Counted from the stretch's first letter, positions 1 through 10,149 are shown. The stretch: 64,000 bases of DNA from Gammaproteobacteria bacterium (GCA_030830685.1 JAURMM010000054.1:717-64716); one strand, 5' to 3'. Notes: generated by a model not told the origin, from the sequence alone. Numbers and translations: made by a program.

Positions 1-783
1 CTCATTCACGCCCACGAGATGGCCGTCATGAAGGGCCAAATGTCGGGTTTTTTCCGGCACCGCGTCGTAGACCGCTTTCCACGCTTCGCCGCCCTCCAGG
101 CTTTCCAGCAGGCGATGCTCCAGCGCGTAATGGAACATCGTGGCAGCACCGTGGCCAGCGGCATCGATGGCACGCGCGGAACCGGGGGCCTCACCCTCGT
201 CGAGGACGGTGCCCATGATCAGCGCGACACTCCAGTCAAAGCCCCCTACCGCCGCGAAAGGTGTGAAGACGCCCTGCCCATGACTCTTGGCCACCTCCAT
301 GCCCTTGGGGCCGCCCGCCGCGATCACGAACGGCACCTCAATCGGGCGCTTGGGCGCATAGCCCTCCCAATGCAGCATCTTGATGACGCCTCCATCCCAT
401 TCCACCTCCTCGCCGCGCAGCAGACCGCGCAAGGCTTCGATGTACTGGGTCACGTAACGCCAGGTCAGGGGACGCCGGCCCATGCTCACGCAGGCCGTGA
501 AGCCGGATCCGATGCCGACCACGACGCGATCCTGGCCGGCAAGCGAGACCAGAGTGCCGATGGCCGATGCAGTGGTCATCGGGTGGCGCAGATGCGGCAC
601 GAGCACGCCGGTGGCAAGACGAATCCGTGACGTGATCTCAGCGGCACGGCACAGCTGTACCCAGACATCCGGGTAAAGGGGAGGGGAGTCATAGAACCAG
701 GCGCAGTCGTAACCAAGTTCCTCTGCCACTCGGGCGTGCTGATGGGACTGTAGTGAGGTAGCGAATGCGCACGAGAGTTTCAT
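1..783 (-). CDS. LLM-class (luciferase-like) flavin/F420-dependent oxidoreductase; C-terminus lies beyond the window start
   Basis: Absent from the ORF track because it is open at the window edge. A reverse-strand ATG at 783..781 opens a frame that stays open to base 1. My translation is MKLSCAFATSLQSHQHARVAEELGYDCAWFYDSPPLYPDVW...VVVGIGSGFTACVSMGRRPLTW..., which looks like an LLM TIM-barrel N-terminus. The + strand ORF 19..630 is its shadow. Confidence 0.7.
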   Translation of the reverse strand, partial: MKLSCAFATSLQSHQHARVAEELGYDCAWFYDSPPLYPDVWVQLCRAAEITSRIRLATGVLVPHLRHPMTTASAIGTLVSLAGQDRVVVGIGSGFTACVSMGRRPLTWRYVTQYIEALRGLLRGEEVEWDGGVIKMLHWEGYAPKRPIEVPFVIAAGGPKGMEVAKSHGQGVFTPFAAVGGFDWSVALIMGTVLDEGEAPGSARAIDAAGHGAATMFHYALEHRLLESLEGGEAWKAVYDAVPEKTRHLALHDGHLVGVNE

Positions 784-964
784 GGCCATGTCCTGGTCTC
801 CCCTGGAATTTCTTTATTGGTATGAATTGGCCCCGGTACGGCGGCCGGCGAGGATATTCTCCTGCGGATATCGTTCAAATGAAACCGAGCTGCCGGTAGC
901 CAGACCGTGGATCAAACGGGACTCACGCGAACCCGAGCCGGACCGGGTTGCGGGACTCGAAATT

Positions 965-3526
965 TCAGGCCACCACCAGGAAATCCTCCGCACCCGGCAC
1001 GGCACTGCCAACCACGATCAGGGTGGCAAAGCGAACCGCAGCCCCACCCGCGTTGCCGTCCCCGTCATAGAGAAGCGCACCGGTTGTCGGGTCGTAAACA
1101 AGGTAGTCATCCGCATCGAGAGCGACAGTTCCCAGCACGAAGTTGCCAGGGGAGAGCGCGGCGCCGGTAAGCGTGCCCGTGAAGCGGGTGAAGATGTCGT
1201 CATCCAGCACGAGCTTGTCTGTTCCCGGCTGGAAGTCGGTGATCGTGTCGACGTTGGAGTTGGCGTTCAGAGCCGTGTCGAACACGAACCTGTCGGCACC
1301 GGCTCCACCTCGGATTGAGTCGCTGCCCTTGCCTCCGCTCAAGAAATCATTCCCACCCCGGCCGACCAAGACATCATTACCCCCACTCCCCTTCAATTGA
1401 TTGGGTTTGGAATCACCGATGAAGGTGTCTGCTCCCGCACCGCCGACGAGATTCTCGACATTGCGCAATCTGTCCTCGGCCACGCCTTGCACACTGACAG
1501 TAGCCAAGGTTTTACCAGAAAGTGTGACGCTCACGGCTTGCGTCGCCTTCTTTTCAGCGAAACTGGCGGTGTCAACGCCTGCACCCCCGTCCATGACATC
1601 CCGGCCAGCCTTACCTCTCAATACATCTCTCCCACCGTTTCCTCGCAAGATGTCCGGGCCGGCTCCTCCGTCAAGTACATCCCGGCCCACCCCCCCGACG
1701 AGCACGTCTCTGCCTCCATTCCCCAGCAGCTTGTCATTACCCCCGCTGCCTAGCAGCCTGTTGGGTCGCGCATCACCTGAGATGACGTCACTCCCGCCTC
1801 CACCGACGACGTTTTCGATGTTACGGATTTCGTCTTCCAGTATCCCGTCGACTTTGACCTGCACCCACACTGCGCCTTTCAGCTTGAGAGTGACTCCCTC
1901 AGTTGCGGTCTTCTCCCGGTACACGACTGTGTCAATGCCATTTCTGCCATCGATATTGTCCCTTCCGGCGCCGCCTTGCACGGTGTCATTGCCAGCTGTT
2001 CCTGTAAGAGTCTGATCACTAGGGTCACCAACCACCGAAACGCCAGCAATGCTGGGCAGTTTGCGGGCGAAGACCCCAAAATTGTCTCCATCCTGTGCGA
2101 ACGAGTCCCAGGTGATTACGAACTCGCCGTCCGGCAGCGCTGTGACGGCGCTGCGGAATTGAACACCGCTGGTGTAAGCGTTGACCCTGAATTCGGCACC
2201 GACGGGAGTCCCGTCGGCCGCATAGCGCTGACCAAAAATGCCGGTCAGGTTGCCGTCCTGCCCCAAGGAGGTCCATGTAACAACAAAACCCCCATCGCTC
2301 AGGCCCGCAATGGAACTACCCGATTGCGCGTTACGGAAGTTCTTGTTGACAAGGAATTCGCCCCCCAACTTTTGTCCCGACGAAGAGTAACGCTGGCCGA
2401 AGACACCTTGGCTGTCTCCATCCTGGTTGAGGGACGTCCAGGTTATTACGAAGCCACCATCCGCGAGTCCAGCAATTGCACTGCCGGCGATGCCAAATGG
2501 GCTTTCTTCTGGATCTTCGGGTCGCTCAGCCGCAAAAGTGTTCACCCTGAATTCAGTGCCGACCATCGAGCCATCAGCGGCGTAAAGCTGCGCAAAGATA
2601 CCGCCATGCGTGTTTTCGTGAAGAGAAGTCCACGTCACCACGAAGCCGCCATCGGCAAGCGCGGTGACTGCGCTCGCATCCTGTTCACGCGCAGTGCTGC
2701 TGTTAACTCTGAATTCGATACCTAGGCGAGCGCCATCGACCGAGAATCGCTGAGCGAAGACGTCTCTGAGGCTGTCGTTATCCGAATCAGAAGTCCAGGT
2801 AACGATGAAACTATCGTCTGCCAGCACCGCCACGGCGCTGTCATACTGACCACCGTCGATCGTTGCATTTACCTGAAATTCGTTCCCTGAAGCTACTCCC
2901 TCCGCGGTAAAGATTCGGCCATACACATCCCCCGCCGCGCCATTTTGGGCTGATGTCCAAACGGCAAGAAAGCCTCCGTTTGAAAAGCTGGAGAGTGATA
3001 CCTCTTCCTGATTTTCCTGGTTTTCGGTGTCAGTGGCATTGACCAAAAACTCCGATCCTGAGGGAAGGCCCCGGTCTGAGAAGCGTTGCGCGCGGATGTC
3101 GAGATCGTTCCCTGCTGAACTTGTCCAGGCTGCCACAAACCCGCCATCGGCCAGTGCCGCTACAGCACTTGAGTACTGCGAGTCGACCGTATCAGTATTT
3201 ACCTGCACATCTGTGGATGTGCGACTGACGGAGGTTTGCCAGCGGAGCTGCACGGTTGCATCTGAAAAGCGGAGCTGCTCCACGCTGCTGAAAACGACAT
3301 CAATGCCCTCTGGGCCGTTGAGGGTGACTGAGAGCCCTGCGATCTCCAAAAAATAGTCGCTATAACGCTCTGAGAATGTTGCGATATCAATACCTGAGCC
3401 GCCCTGCAGGCTGTCATTCCCAAGCCCCCCTGCGAGAGTGTCGTCTCCGCCGTTCCCGAGCAACACGTCATTCCCGCTGCTGCCCTCGAGCAGGTTGCCT
3501 GAATTGTCTCCAATCAATGTGGGCAT
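965..3526 (-). CDS. Secreted RTX-type calcium-binding protein, probable type I secretion substrate, with a central seven-repeat domain
   Basis: ORF 965..3532. An AGGGAG about 6 nt upstream favours the ATG at 3526. GGxGxD nonapeptide runs occur at the N-terminus (GNDVLLGNGGDDTLAGGLGNDSLQGGSGID) and in the C-terminal half (GGNDKLLGNGGRDVLVGGVGRDVLDGGAGPDILRGNGGRDVLRGKAGRDVMDGGAGVD; GGNDVLVGRGGNDFLSGGKGSDSIRGGAGADRFVF). The tail ...VDTITDFQPGTDKLVLDDDIF...LLYDGDGNAGGAAVRFATL resembles T1SS C-terminal target domains. Confidence 0.85.
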   Translation of the reverse strand: MPTLIGDNSGNLLEGSSGNDVLLGNGGDDTLAGGLGNDSLQGGSGIDIATFSERYSDYFLEIAGLSVTLNGPEGIDVVFSSVEQLRFSDATVQLRWQTSVSRTSTDVQVNTDTVDSQYSSAVAALADGGFVAAWTSSAGNDLDIRAQRFSDRGLPSGSEFLVNATDTENQENQEEVSLSSFSNGGFLAVWTSAQNGAAGDVYGRIFTAEGVASGNEFQVNATIDGGQYDSAVAVLADDSFIVTWTSDSDNDSLRDVFAQRFSVDGARLGIEFRVNSSTAREQDASAVTALADGGFVVTWTSLHENTHGGIFAQLYAADGSMVGTEFRVNTFAAERPEDPEESPFGIAGSAIAGLADGGFVITWTSLNQDGDSQGVFGQRYSSSGQKLGGEFLVNKNFRNAQSGSSIAGLSDGGFVVTWTSLGQDGNLTGIFGQRYAADGTPVGAEFRVNAYTSGVQFRSAVTALPDGEFVITWDSFAQDGDNFGVFARKLPSIAGVSVVGDPSDQTLTGTAGNDTVQGGAGRDNIDGRNGIDTVVYREKTATEGVTLKLKGAVWVQVKVDGILEDEIRNIENVVGGGGSDVISGDARPNRLLGSGGNDKLLGNGGRDVLVGGVGRDVLDGGAGPDILRGNGGRDVLRGKAGRDVMDGGAGVDTASFAEKKATQAVSVTLSGKTLATVSVQGVAEDRLRNVENLVGGAGADTFIGDSKPNQLKGSGGNDVLVGRGGNDFLSGGKGSDSIRGGAGADRFVFDTALNANSNVDTITDFQPGTDKLVLDDDIFTRFTGTLTGAALSPGNFVLGTVALDADDYLVYDPTTGALLYDGDGNAGGAAVRFATLIVVGSAVPGAEDFLVVA
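2060..3208 (-). repeat. Seven tandem protein-level repeats of about 45-65 aa inside the RTX gene
   Basis: Residues about 109-491 of the ORF. The recurring unit is EF[RLQ]VN-x(8-20)-SAV[TA]AL[AP]DGGFV[VI]TWTS-x(6-9)-G[IV]F[AG]QR[YF]-x(3)-G-x(3)-G. Examples: EFRVNSSTAREQDASAVTALADGGFVVTWTSLHENTHGGIFAQLYAADGSMVGT and EFLVNKNFRNAQSGSSIAGLSDGGFVVTWTSLGQDGNLTGIFGQRYAADGTPVGA. The DNA copies are diverged, so this is not a recent duplication. Confidence 0.8.
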
Positions 3527-3615
3527 ACGCACTCCCTTTTACCTGTTGCGCCCGACGGTATACATGGATGATACAGTCAGCAAGCCATGGAAAAGCTCCG
3601 CGAGTCCCCTGAACC

Positions 3616-4812
3616 GTGAACACGAGCACGCTTCAGGCCTCGTGGCGTTGGCGCATTCCCGCCCTGGGACTCGCCCAGATCATCGCCTGGGGCTCGATGT
3701 TCTACGCCATCGCAGTCATGGCGGGCGATATCGCAGAGGACCTCGGCTCCTCTGATGCCGCGGTTTTCGGCGCATATTCCCTGAGCTTGATCATCTCGGG
3801 GTTTGTAGCGCCACTGTCCGGCAGATTGATCGACGCCGGATGGTGTCGTGCCGTGCTCGGTGGCTCGTCCTTGCTCGGCGCCGCCGGATTTGCGCTGCTC
3901 GCGACCGCGCAGGGGCACGTAACGCTCTTTCTGGCTTGGGCGGTACTGGGCCTCGCGATGGGAGTGGGTCTCTATGACGCGGCTTTCGGTGTGCTCCATC
4001 GCACGGTGCCGGCTGCCGGCTATCGTCGCGCAGTCACCGCACTCACGCTCTTCGGTGGCTTTGCCAGCACGGTGTTCTGGCCGCTGACTCGACTGCTGAT
4101 GGAGCAGGGCGGATGGCGGTGTGCCGCCATGACTTTTGCAGTGCTCCACCTGCTGTGCGCATTACCGCTGTATCTGGCGGCAATCCCGCGCGTGGAGCGG
4201 CTACCGGTGCCTGCCCATACGGTGTCGGCCGGCCGTCCCTCGCTTTCTGCCTTGGCCCTACGGCGTTTCCGCTGGCTCGCTGCGGCACTTGCGCTTGCAT
4301 CCTTTGTGGTCGCAGTGCTTTCGGCCCATCTCATCACCTTGCTCACGCTCGGCGGACTGCCCAGTGCGCAGGCGATTCTGGTCGGCACGCTTTTTGGGCC
4401 GACTCAGGTTCTGGCGCGAATGGTGGAATATGGGGTGGCGAGACGGGTGAAGGCAGTGACTGTGGGAAGCTTCGCCTTTGGTGCGCTGGTCATGGCGCAG
4501 CTGGCTTTGGGCTTTGCTGGAGAATTGCTTCTGCTTCCGGTGCTTTTTGCCCTGATGTACGGCGCAAGCAACGGGATCATGACCATCATTCGCGGGACGG
4601 TCCCCGCGCAGCTTTTTGCCGAAGTCGCGGGCTTCGGCGCACTACTCGGCAGTCTCGCTTTGCCTTCATTCATTGCCAAGGCGAGTGCACCTTTTCTGTT
4701 TGCTCTGCTGCTGGATCAGGGGCTGTCGCGGTTCATGGGCTGTAGCCTGCTGTTCTGTCTAGCCGTTCTCGCCTGGGCCTGCTATGAACGGGCCAGAAGG
4801 ATCGACGGCTGA
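3616..4812 (+). CDS. MFS-type transporter
   Basis: 398-aa ORF with a GTG start. It is hydrophobic throughout, with roughly 12 predicted helices and a central loop (IPRVERLPVPAHTVSAGRPS) splitting two halves. Substrate unknown. Confidence 0.65.
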   Translation: MNTSTLQASWRWRIPALGLAQIIAWGSMFYAIAVMAGDIAEDLGSSDAAVFGAYSLSLIISGFVAPLSGRLIDAGWCRAVLGGSSLLGAAGFALLATAQGHVTLFLAWAVLGLAMGVGLYDAAFGVLHRTVPAAGYRRAVTALTLFGGFASTVFWPLTRLLMEQGGWRCAAMTFAVLHLLCALPLYLAAIPRVERLPVPAHTVSAGRPSLSALALRRFRWLAAALALASFVVAVLSAHLITLLTLGGLPSAQAILVGTLFGPTQVLARMVEYGVARRVKAVTVGSFAFGALVMAQLALGFAGELLLLPVLFALMYGASNGIMTIIRGTVPAQLFAEVAGFGALLGSLALPSFIAKASAPFLFALLLDQGLSRFMGCSLLFCLAVLAWACYERARRIDG

Positions 4813-4844
4813 TGGACAGCAATGGCCCGGCAACCGAAAGCGTT

Positions 4845-5438
4845 TCAGGCGGTCCCGGTGTGCCCGGTCAGCAGGAGATAGAGTCCTTCTGCAAGCTTTG
4901 AACGTGTCTCCGCCTCGGGCGCGAGCGAGGTGGTGTATTCACCCACCTGGTAAAAATAAAGAGTGCGTGCCCTGAGCGAGGCTTCCAGCGGTTCAAAGCC
5001 GGCCGCAGCGAAAAGCTCGGCAAGATACGCCACGCGCAATTCGTCGACCTCGGACACTGCGCGCGCGGCCTGCTTGTTGAATCGGGCAAATTCGCGCATG
5101 GCGACGTCGTGATTCGAGTCCTTCGTGTGCTGGGTGAAGGCAATCACCGCGCGAATGCGTGTCTCGGGATCGGGTATCGAGTGGTCAAGCCCACCAATGA
5201 ATCCAAGCTGCTTGTTGCGCCACCAGTCCACCATGGATCGCAAAAGATCATCGCGGTTGCGGAAGTGCCAGTAAAAGCTGCCCTTGGTAAGCTTGAGTTT
5301 GCGTGCCAGCACTTCGATCTTGATCTGCGAGATCCCGTGGGCGAAGAGCACGTCAAGCGCTTTCTTGAGCCAAGCATCCCGGTCCAGGGTCTTCCGGGCG
5401 GGTCGTACTTTGGGCGAGCGCGGAGTCTGCGTCGGCAT
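4845..5438 (-). CDS. TetR/AcrR family transcriptional regulator
   Basis: The HTH region is DAWLKKALDVLFAHGISQIKIEVLARKLKLTKGSFYWHFRNRDDLL. I place the start at the internal ATG at 5438 (MPTQTPRSPK...), because the longer ORF would overlap gph. Confidence 0.8.
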   Translation of the reverse strand: MPTQTPRSPKVRPARKTLDRDAWLKKALDVLFAHGISQIKIEVLARKLKLTKGSFYWHFRNRDDLLRSMVDWWRNKQLGFIGGLDHSIPDPETRIRAVIAFTQHTKDSNHDVAMREFARFNKQAARAVSEVDELRVAYLAELFAAAGFEPLEASLRARTLYFYQVGEYTTSLAPEAETRSKLAEGLYLLLTGHTGTA

Positions 5439-5464
5439 GAGGCCATTATAGGCTGTGCCTTCGG

Positions 5465-6142
5465 TCAGCGAACCTCGGGCAATAGTTTGGGCAGGAAATC
5501 CCGCATGTCGTCCACCCATGCATCCGGCGCATGCGCGCGGAGATCCACTCCCGCCGGATAACCGTAACTCACGCAAAAGATGCGCATGCCGGCCGCGCGT
5601 GCAGCCGCCAGATCCGTGAATGAATCACCCACCATCACACTTTCCTGCGGGGACACGCCGCAGGTCTCGGCTGCGTGGAGCAAGGGTGCGGGATCCGGCT
5701 TCTTCACCGGCAGGCTGTCTCCGCCCAGCACTATCTGGAAATGGCAGGCAAGCCCCATGTCGGCCAGCAAAGGGTGGGTGAATCGCTCCGGCTTGTTGGT
5801 GATGCAACCCATGGTGATGTCGGCTGCGGAAAGCACAGCGAGGGTTTCCTGCACGCCCGGGAAAAGTTTCGAACGCGCGCTCACACAGTCGGCGTATCGG
5901 CGCAGGAATTCGGAGTACGCCGTCTGATGGAGGGGAGACGGCGCATTCCCATCCCTTAGGCCGGTGAGACACCGGTGAATCAGGCGCTCGGCACCATTGC
6001 CGATGAAGTGCCGAATCTCTTCTTCACTTCTGACCTCTCGCCCGACCGCGCGGAGGGCCGCATTGGCAGCCTCGGCGATGTCCGGTGCGCTGTCCACCAG
6101 CGTGCCATCTAGATCAAAGAGCACCAAGCGAACGCGCGTCAT
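5465..6142 (-). CDS. gph: Phosphoglycolate phosphatase (HAD superfamily)
   Basis: N-terminal [20 protein letters not shown] and C-terminal [19 protein letters not shown] motifs. It overlaps rpe by 4 nt, matching the conserved rpe-gph pair. Confidence 0.85.
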   Translation of the reverse strand: MTRVRLVLFDLDGTLVDSAPDIAEAANAALRAVGREVRSEEEIRHFIGNGAERLIHRCLTGLRDGNAPSPLHQTAYSEFLRRYADCVSARSKLFPGVQETLAVLSAADITMGCITNKPERFTHPLLADMGLACHFQIVLGGDSLPVKKPDPAPLLHAAETCGVSPQESVMVGDSFTDLAAARAAGMRIFCVSYGYPAGVDLRAHAPDAWVDDMRDFLPKLLPEVR

Positions 6143-6822
6143 ATCCGGCTCTCACGCGCCGCTGCAATGGCGCGGCGCATCTCGTGGATGGTCGCGGTGT
6201 AGTCCGGGCTGTTGAAGATAGCCGAGCCAGCGACGAAGGTATCGGCCCCGGCAGCGGCGATGGCACCGATATTGTCCACCTTCACGCCGCCATCAACTTC
6301 CAGCCGTATCGGACGTCCACTGTCATCAATCATCCGGCGCGCCTCACGCAGTTTTTCCAGGGTGGAAGGAATGAAGGACTGCCCACCGAACCCCGGATTC
6401 ACCGACATCAACAGGACCATGTCGAGCTTGTCCCACACATGGCCCAGCACCTCCAGTGGTGTCGCCGGATTGAACACGAGGCCAGATTTGCATCCGGCCT
6501 CGCGGATCAGGCCGAGACTGCGATCTACATGACGGCTGGCCTCCGGATGAAAGGTGATGAAGGACGCGCCGGCCTTGGCAAAATCGCCGATCAGCTGATC
6601 CACGGGCTCTACCATCAGATGCACGTCGATGGGCGTGGTGATGCCGTACTTGCGCAGCGCCTCGCACACCATGGGGCCGATCGTGAGGTTTGGGACGTAG
6701 TGATTGTCCATGACGTCGAAATGGATGAGATCCGCCCCAGCGCTGACAACCGCATCAATATCCGCGCCGAGACGCGCGAAATCTGCCGACAGGATGGAGG
6801 GAGCGATGAAATCTGACTGCAT
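6139..6822 (-). CDS. rpe: Ribulose-phosphate 3-epimerase
   Basis: [50 protein letters not shown]...[13 protein letters not shown] is the classic Rpe sequence. Confidence 0.95.
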   Translation of the reverse strand: MQSDFIAPSILSADFARLGADIDAVVSAGADLIHFDVMDNHYVPNLTIGPMVCEALRKYGITTPIDVHLMVEPVDQLIGDFAKAGASFITFHPEASRHVDRSLGLIREAGCKSGLVFNPATPLEVLGHVWDKLDMVLLMSVNPGFGGQSFIPSTLEKLREARRMIDDSGRPIRLEVDGGVKVDNIGAIAAAGADTFVAGSAIFNSPDYTATIHEMRRAIAAARESRI

Positions 6823-6858
6823 GACCCTGACCTTGCGTGATGAGGCGCGAACTCTAGA

Positions 6859-7950
6859 TCAATCCTCGGGGTCGCGCAGCACAGAGCTGCGCTGGCGCAT
6901 GATCGCCCAGTTGATGTGTTCCTGCACCATGGCCGAGGCGGCAGGCAGTGCAGCTTCCAGCGCCTTGATGGCTACCTCCGAGCCCGGGGCATTGCCCAGC
7001 GCCACAGCGAGGTTACGACGCCACTGCTCGAAACTTGTCCGGCGCATGGCGCTCCCCTCGGTACGGAGCAGAAAAGTGGCTTCGTCCCAGGTCCAGAGTG
7101 CCAGCAGGTCCGGTGCATCCAAGCCGTGCCTGACGGCGAAATCCCCGATGTCCGTGTGCCGCGCATACCGGTTCCAGGGGCACGCCATCTGGCAGTCATC
7201 GCAGCCGTAGATCCGGTTACCCATGAGCGGACGCAAGGGTTCCGGAATCGGCTCGCGTGACTCTATGGTGAGGTAGGAGATACATCGCCTTGCATCCAGC
7301 ATGAAGGGCGCGATGATCGCGCCCGTCGGGCAGACATCCAGACACGCCGTGCAGCTTCCGCAGTAGTTCTGCGTATCGGCGGTGTCTGGTGGCAAGGGCA
7401 GATCGGTAAAGATCTCGCCGAGAAAAAACCACGAGCCCCGCTCACGGTGAATGAGGTTGGTGTGCTTGCCGATGAAGCCGAGGCCCGCGTTCCGGGCGAG
7501 GGCTTTCTCAAGCACCGGCGCACTGTCGCTGAACACGCGGTAGCCGAAGGGTCCGATCCGGGCCTCGAGCCGCGCCGCGAGTTGCCGCAATCGCCCGCGG
7601 ACCACCTTGTGATAGTCCCGGCCCAAGGCATAGCGCGAGATGTATCCAAGGTTCCCATCGACCAGGACTTCTTCCATCGCCCGCGCTTCGGGCGGCAGGT
7701 AATCAAGTGCAACGCAGATCACACTGAGCGTGCCCGGCACGAGCTCCGCCGGGCGGCTGCGCTTGCGTCCATGGCGCGCGAGCCAGCCCATATCGCCGTG
7801 ATAGCCCCGCGCGAGCCAGGCCTCGAGCAGGGCTTCGTCCTCGCTGAGGTCCGTTTGCGTGATTCCGAGTTGCGAAAACCCCAACTGCGCAGCCTCCGCG
7901 CGCAGGCTGGCAGCGATTCCACTCGTTTCGTCAGGGGCGAGTCCGGTCAT
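6859..7950 (-). CDS. queG: tRNA epoxyqueuosine(34) reductase
   Basis: Two ferredoxin-type clusters (CGSCTACLDVCPTGAI and YGCDDCQMACPWN), a C-terminal HEAT-like tail, and a length of 363 aa. Confidence 0.9.
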   Translation of the reverse strand: MTGLAPDETSGIAASLRAEAAQLGFSQLGITQTDLSEDEALLEAWLARGYHGDMGWLARHGRKRSRPAELVPGTLSVICVALDYLPPEARAMEEVLVDGNLGYISRYALGRDYHKVVRGRLRQLAARLEARIGPFGYRVFSDSAPVLEKALARNAGLGFIGKHTNLIHRERGSWFFLGEIFTDLPLPPDTADTQNYCGSCTACLDVCPTGAIIAPFMLDARRCISYLTIESREPIPEPLRPLMGNRIYGCDDCQMACPWNRYARHTDIGDFAVRHGLDAPDLLALWTWDEATFLLRTEGSAMRRTSFEQWRRNLAVALGNAPGSEVAIKALEAALPAASAMVQEHINWAIMRQRSSVLRDPED

Positions 7951-7977
7951 CCGGAGTCGGGATCCGTGTGCGATCCG

Positions 7978-9390
7978 CTAGAGTTGCTGGACCGCGTAGT
8001 CCGCGAGGCGTGATCGTTCTCCCCGTAGCAGTGTGATGTGCCCACCGTGCGGCCAATCCTTGAAACGGTCCACGGTGTAGGTGAGCCCGGAGGTGGTCTC
8101 GCTCAGATACGGGGTATCAATCTGCGCAATGTTGCCGCAGCACACGATTTTGGTACCCGAGCCTGCGCGGGTGATGAGGGTGCGCATCTGCTTGGCCGTC
8201 AGATTCTGCGCCTCGTCGATGATGAGATACCGGTTGAAGAAGGTACGCCCGCGCATGAAGTTCATGGAGCGCACCTTCACCCGGTTCTGAAGGAGATCTG
8301 CCGTGGCGGCCCGGCCCCAGTCACCGCCTTCCTGGGTCTCGGACAGCACCTCCAGGTTATCGAGCAAGGCTCCCATCCAGGGATTCATCTTTTCTTCCTC
8401 GGTCCCCGGCAGAAAACCGATGTCCTCCCCGAGGGGTACGGTCTCGCGGGTCACGATCACCTCCCGATAGAGTCTGGTGTCCAGAGACTGTGCGAGGCCA
8501 GCGGCCAGCGCAAGCAGGGTCTTGCCGGTCCCCGCGGCCCCGAGCAGGGTCACGAAGTCGATCTCGGGATCCATCAGCAGATTGAGGGCATAGCTCTGTT
8601 CCCGGTTGCGCGCGGTCATGCCCCAGACGGCGTTGCGGGGATGGCGATAGTCACGCGCCCGCTCAAGGATGACCTTGCCCTCCTCAATCCGGCGGGTGAC
8701 CAGCTCCAGATCATTTTCCCCGGGTCCATACAGGAATTCATTCGGGTAGAAATGTTCAAAGCGCGTGGCCGGCAAGGCGTAGAAGGTCCTGGATTCCTCC
8801 TGCCAGCACTTGAGCTCTGCACCCTGCGCATCCCAGAAACCGGTTGGTAACTCTCGCGTGCCGGTATAGAGCAGGTTGATGTCATCAAGGACCTGGTCGT
8901 TGAAATAGTCCTCTGCCGAGATCCCGATCACCCGGGACTTGATCCGCAGATTGATGTCTTTGGAGACAAGGGTCACATCCATGGTGGGATGTTGGCCCTT
9001 CAGGGCGAGTGTCGTGTTGAGAATGCTGTTGTCGGGCGTCTTGCCTGGCAGCGCCAGTGCCCCCGCGGCGGGCAGCGGGCTGGTCTGAAGGTAGAGCCTG
9101 CCTGACGGTGGCACCCCCGCCATGCCGGCAGCCGGTGCAGGCAACGCCAGTCCCGCTTCGATGGCGTGACGATCTGCGTCGTCAATCAATCCGTCGAGGA
9201 AGCGGCTCACCTGACGCGCGTTGCGGGCGACTTCAGACACGCCTTTCTTGGCCGCATCCAGCTCTTCCAGCACCATCATGGGCACGTAGATGTCGTGCTC
9301 CTTGAAGCGGAACAGGGCCGTCGGATCGTGCAGGAGGACGTTGGTGTCGAGGACGAAAAGGCGCTTTCCGAGGCGGGCGGCGCTGCTCAT
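7978..9390 (-). CDS. PIN-domain plus PhoH-like ATPase (PhoH2/YlaK type)
   Basis: N-terminal PIN (FVLDTNVLLHDP...VPMMVLEELD) and a C-terminal PhoH NTPase with Walker A GAAGTGKT and LIIDEAQN. Confidence 0.85.
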   Translation of the reverse strand: MSSAARLGKRLFVLDTNVLLHDPTALFRFKEHDIYVPMMVLEELDAAKKGVSEVARNARQVSRFLDGLIDDADRHAIEAGLALPAPAAGMAGVPPSGRLYLQTSPLPAAGALALPGKTPDNSILNTTLALKGQHPTMDVTLVSKDINLRIKSRVIGISAEDYFNDQVLDDINLLYTGTRELPTGFWDAQGAELKCWQEESRTFYALPATRFEHFYPNEFLYGPGENDLELVTRRIEEGKVILERARDYRHPRNAVWGMTARNREQSYALNLLMDPEIDFVTLLGAAGTGKTLLALAAGLAQSLDTRLYREVIVTRETVPLGEDIGFLPGTEEEKMNPWMGALLDNLEVLSETQEGGDWGRAATADLLQNRVKVRSMNFMRGRTFFNRYLIIDEAQNLTAKQMRTLITRAGSGTKIVCCGNIAQIDTPYLSETTSGLTYTVDRFKDWPHGGHITLLRGERSRLADYAVQQL

Positions 9391-9398
9391 GCGGGCGG

Positions 9399-9959
9399 CT
9401 ACTTCACCGGCTCCATGATGGCATCGAGGTTCAGGTGATCGCAGAAGTCCATGAACTCTCCACGCAATCCTGCGATGGAAAGATCAGTTGGCACGCTGAT
9501 GGTCATGTGCAGCGAGAACATCGGTGTGCCGGTGTGCGCGGCTGCATACGCGCCTGAGTACATGTCCTCCACCCCGATTTCCCGTTGCGTGAAGAACTGG
9601 GTGATCTCGTGCACGATGCCTGGCCTGTCCACGGCAACCACTTCGATCGCATACGGCATCATGCTGGTGTGGCGCTTGCGCGGCTCAGCGCGCTGAGAGA
9701 GCGTCTTCAACTGGAGCTGATTTTCCAGCCTGGGCAGCATGGATTCGATTTTCGCGATGGCGTCCCAGGTGCCCGTGAGGAGCACCATCAGGGTGAAGCG
9801 ATCGCCCAGAACCGTCATTCGGCTGTCAGCGACACTGCAGCCGCAATCGCGCACCGCTTTGGTGAAACTTTCAATCAGCCCCATTCGATTCGCACCCATG
9901 AGCGAAATCGCAATGGAATTGTGGCTGATTTCCGGCGGAGATTTCGAGGGAGTCTTCAT
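9399..9959 (-). CDS. gcvR: Glycine cleavage system transcriptional repressor (tandem ACT domains)
   Basis: ISLMGANRMGLIESFTKAVRDCGCSVADSRMTVLGDRFTLMVLLTGTWDAIAKIES aligns with E. coli GcvR as I recall it. It is divergent from dapA, as in E. coli. Start trimmed to the ATG at 9959. Confidence 0.8.
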   Translation of the reverse strand: MKTPSKSPPEISHNSIAISLMGANRMGLIESFTKAVRDCGCSVADSRMTVLGDRFTLMVLLTGTWDAIAKIESMLPRLENQLQLKTLSQRAEPRKRHTSMMPYAIEVVAVDRPGIVHEITQFFTQREIGVEDMYSGAYAAAHTGTPMFSLHMTISVPTDLSIAGLRGEFMDFCDHLNLDAIMEPVK

Positions 9960-10149
9960 GCAGCGCCGCAATTGTGCCTGCGATCCTGGTGCCATCGCAA
10001 GCAGAAGGCCGGCTCTCTGCGGCTGCATGGGGCACTGGTTCACCCTGCTTTATCGGCTCGGCGCGCACGAGAGCGGCGCCCGCACGCTGTATTGAGTTGG
10101 TCAGGGGGGTGAGGCTACCATGTGCGACTGTATTTTTCGGGGTCTGGGC

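Noticed and set aside
19-630. 203-aa + strand ORF at the window start
   Set aside because: It is antisense to a much better supported LLM oxidoreductase frame (1..783, minus strand). Its composition is Arg/Gly/His-rich, typical of a GC-rich shadow ORF.
1300-2000. Periodic DNA pattern in the RTX gene, considered as a tandem repeat or CRISPR-like array
   Set aside because: The periodicity is the 27-nt GGxGxDxxx nonapeptide coding repeat. The copies are diverged, in frame, and part of one long ORF. There are no spacer/repeat units of CRISPR size.
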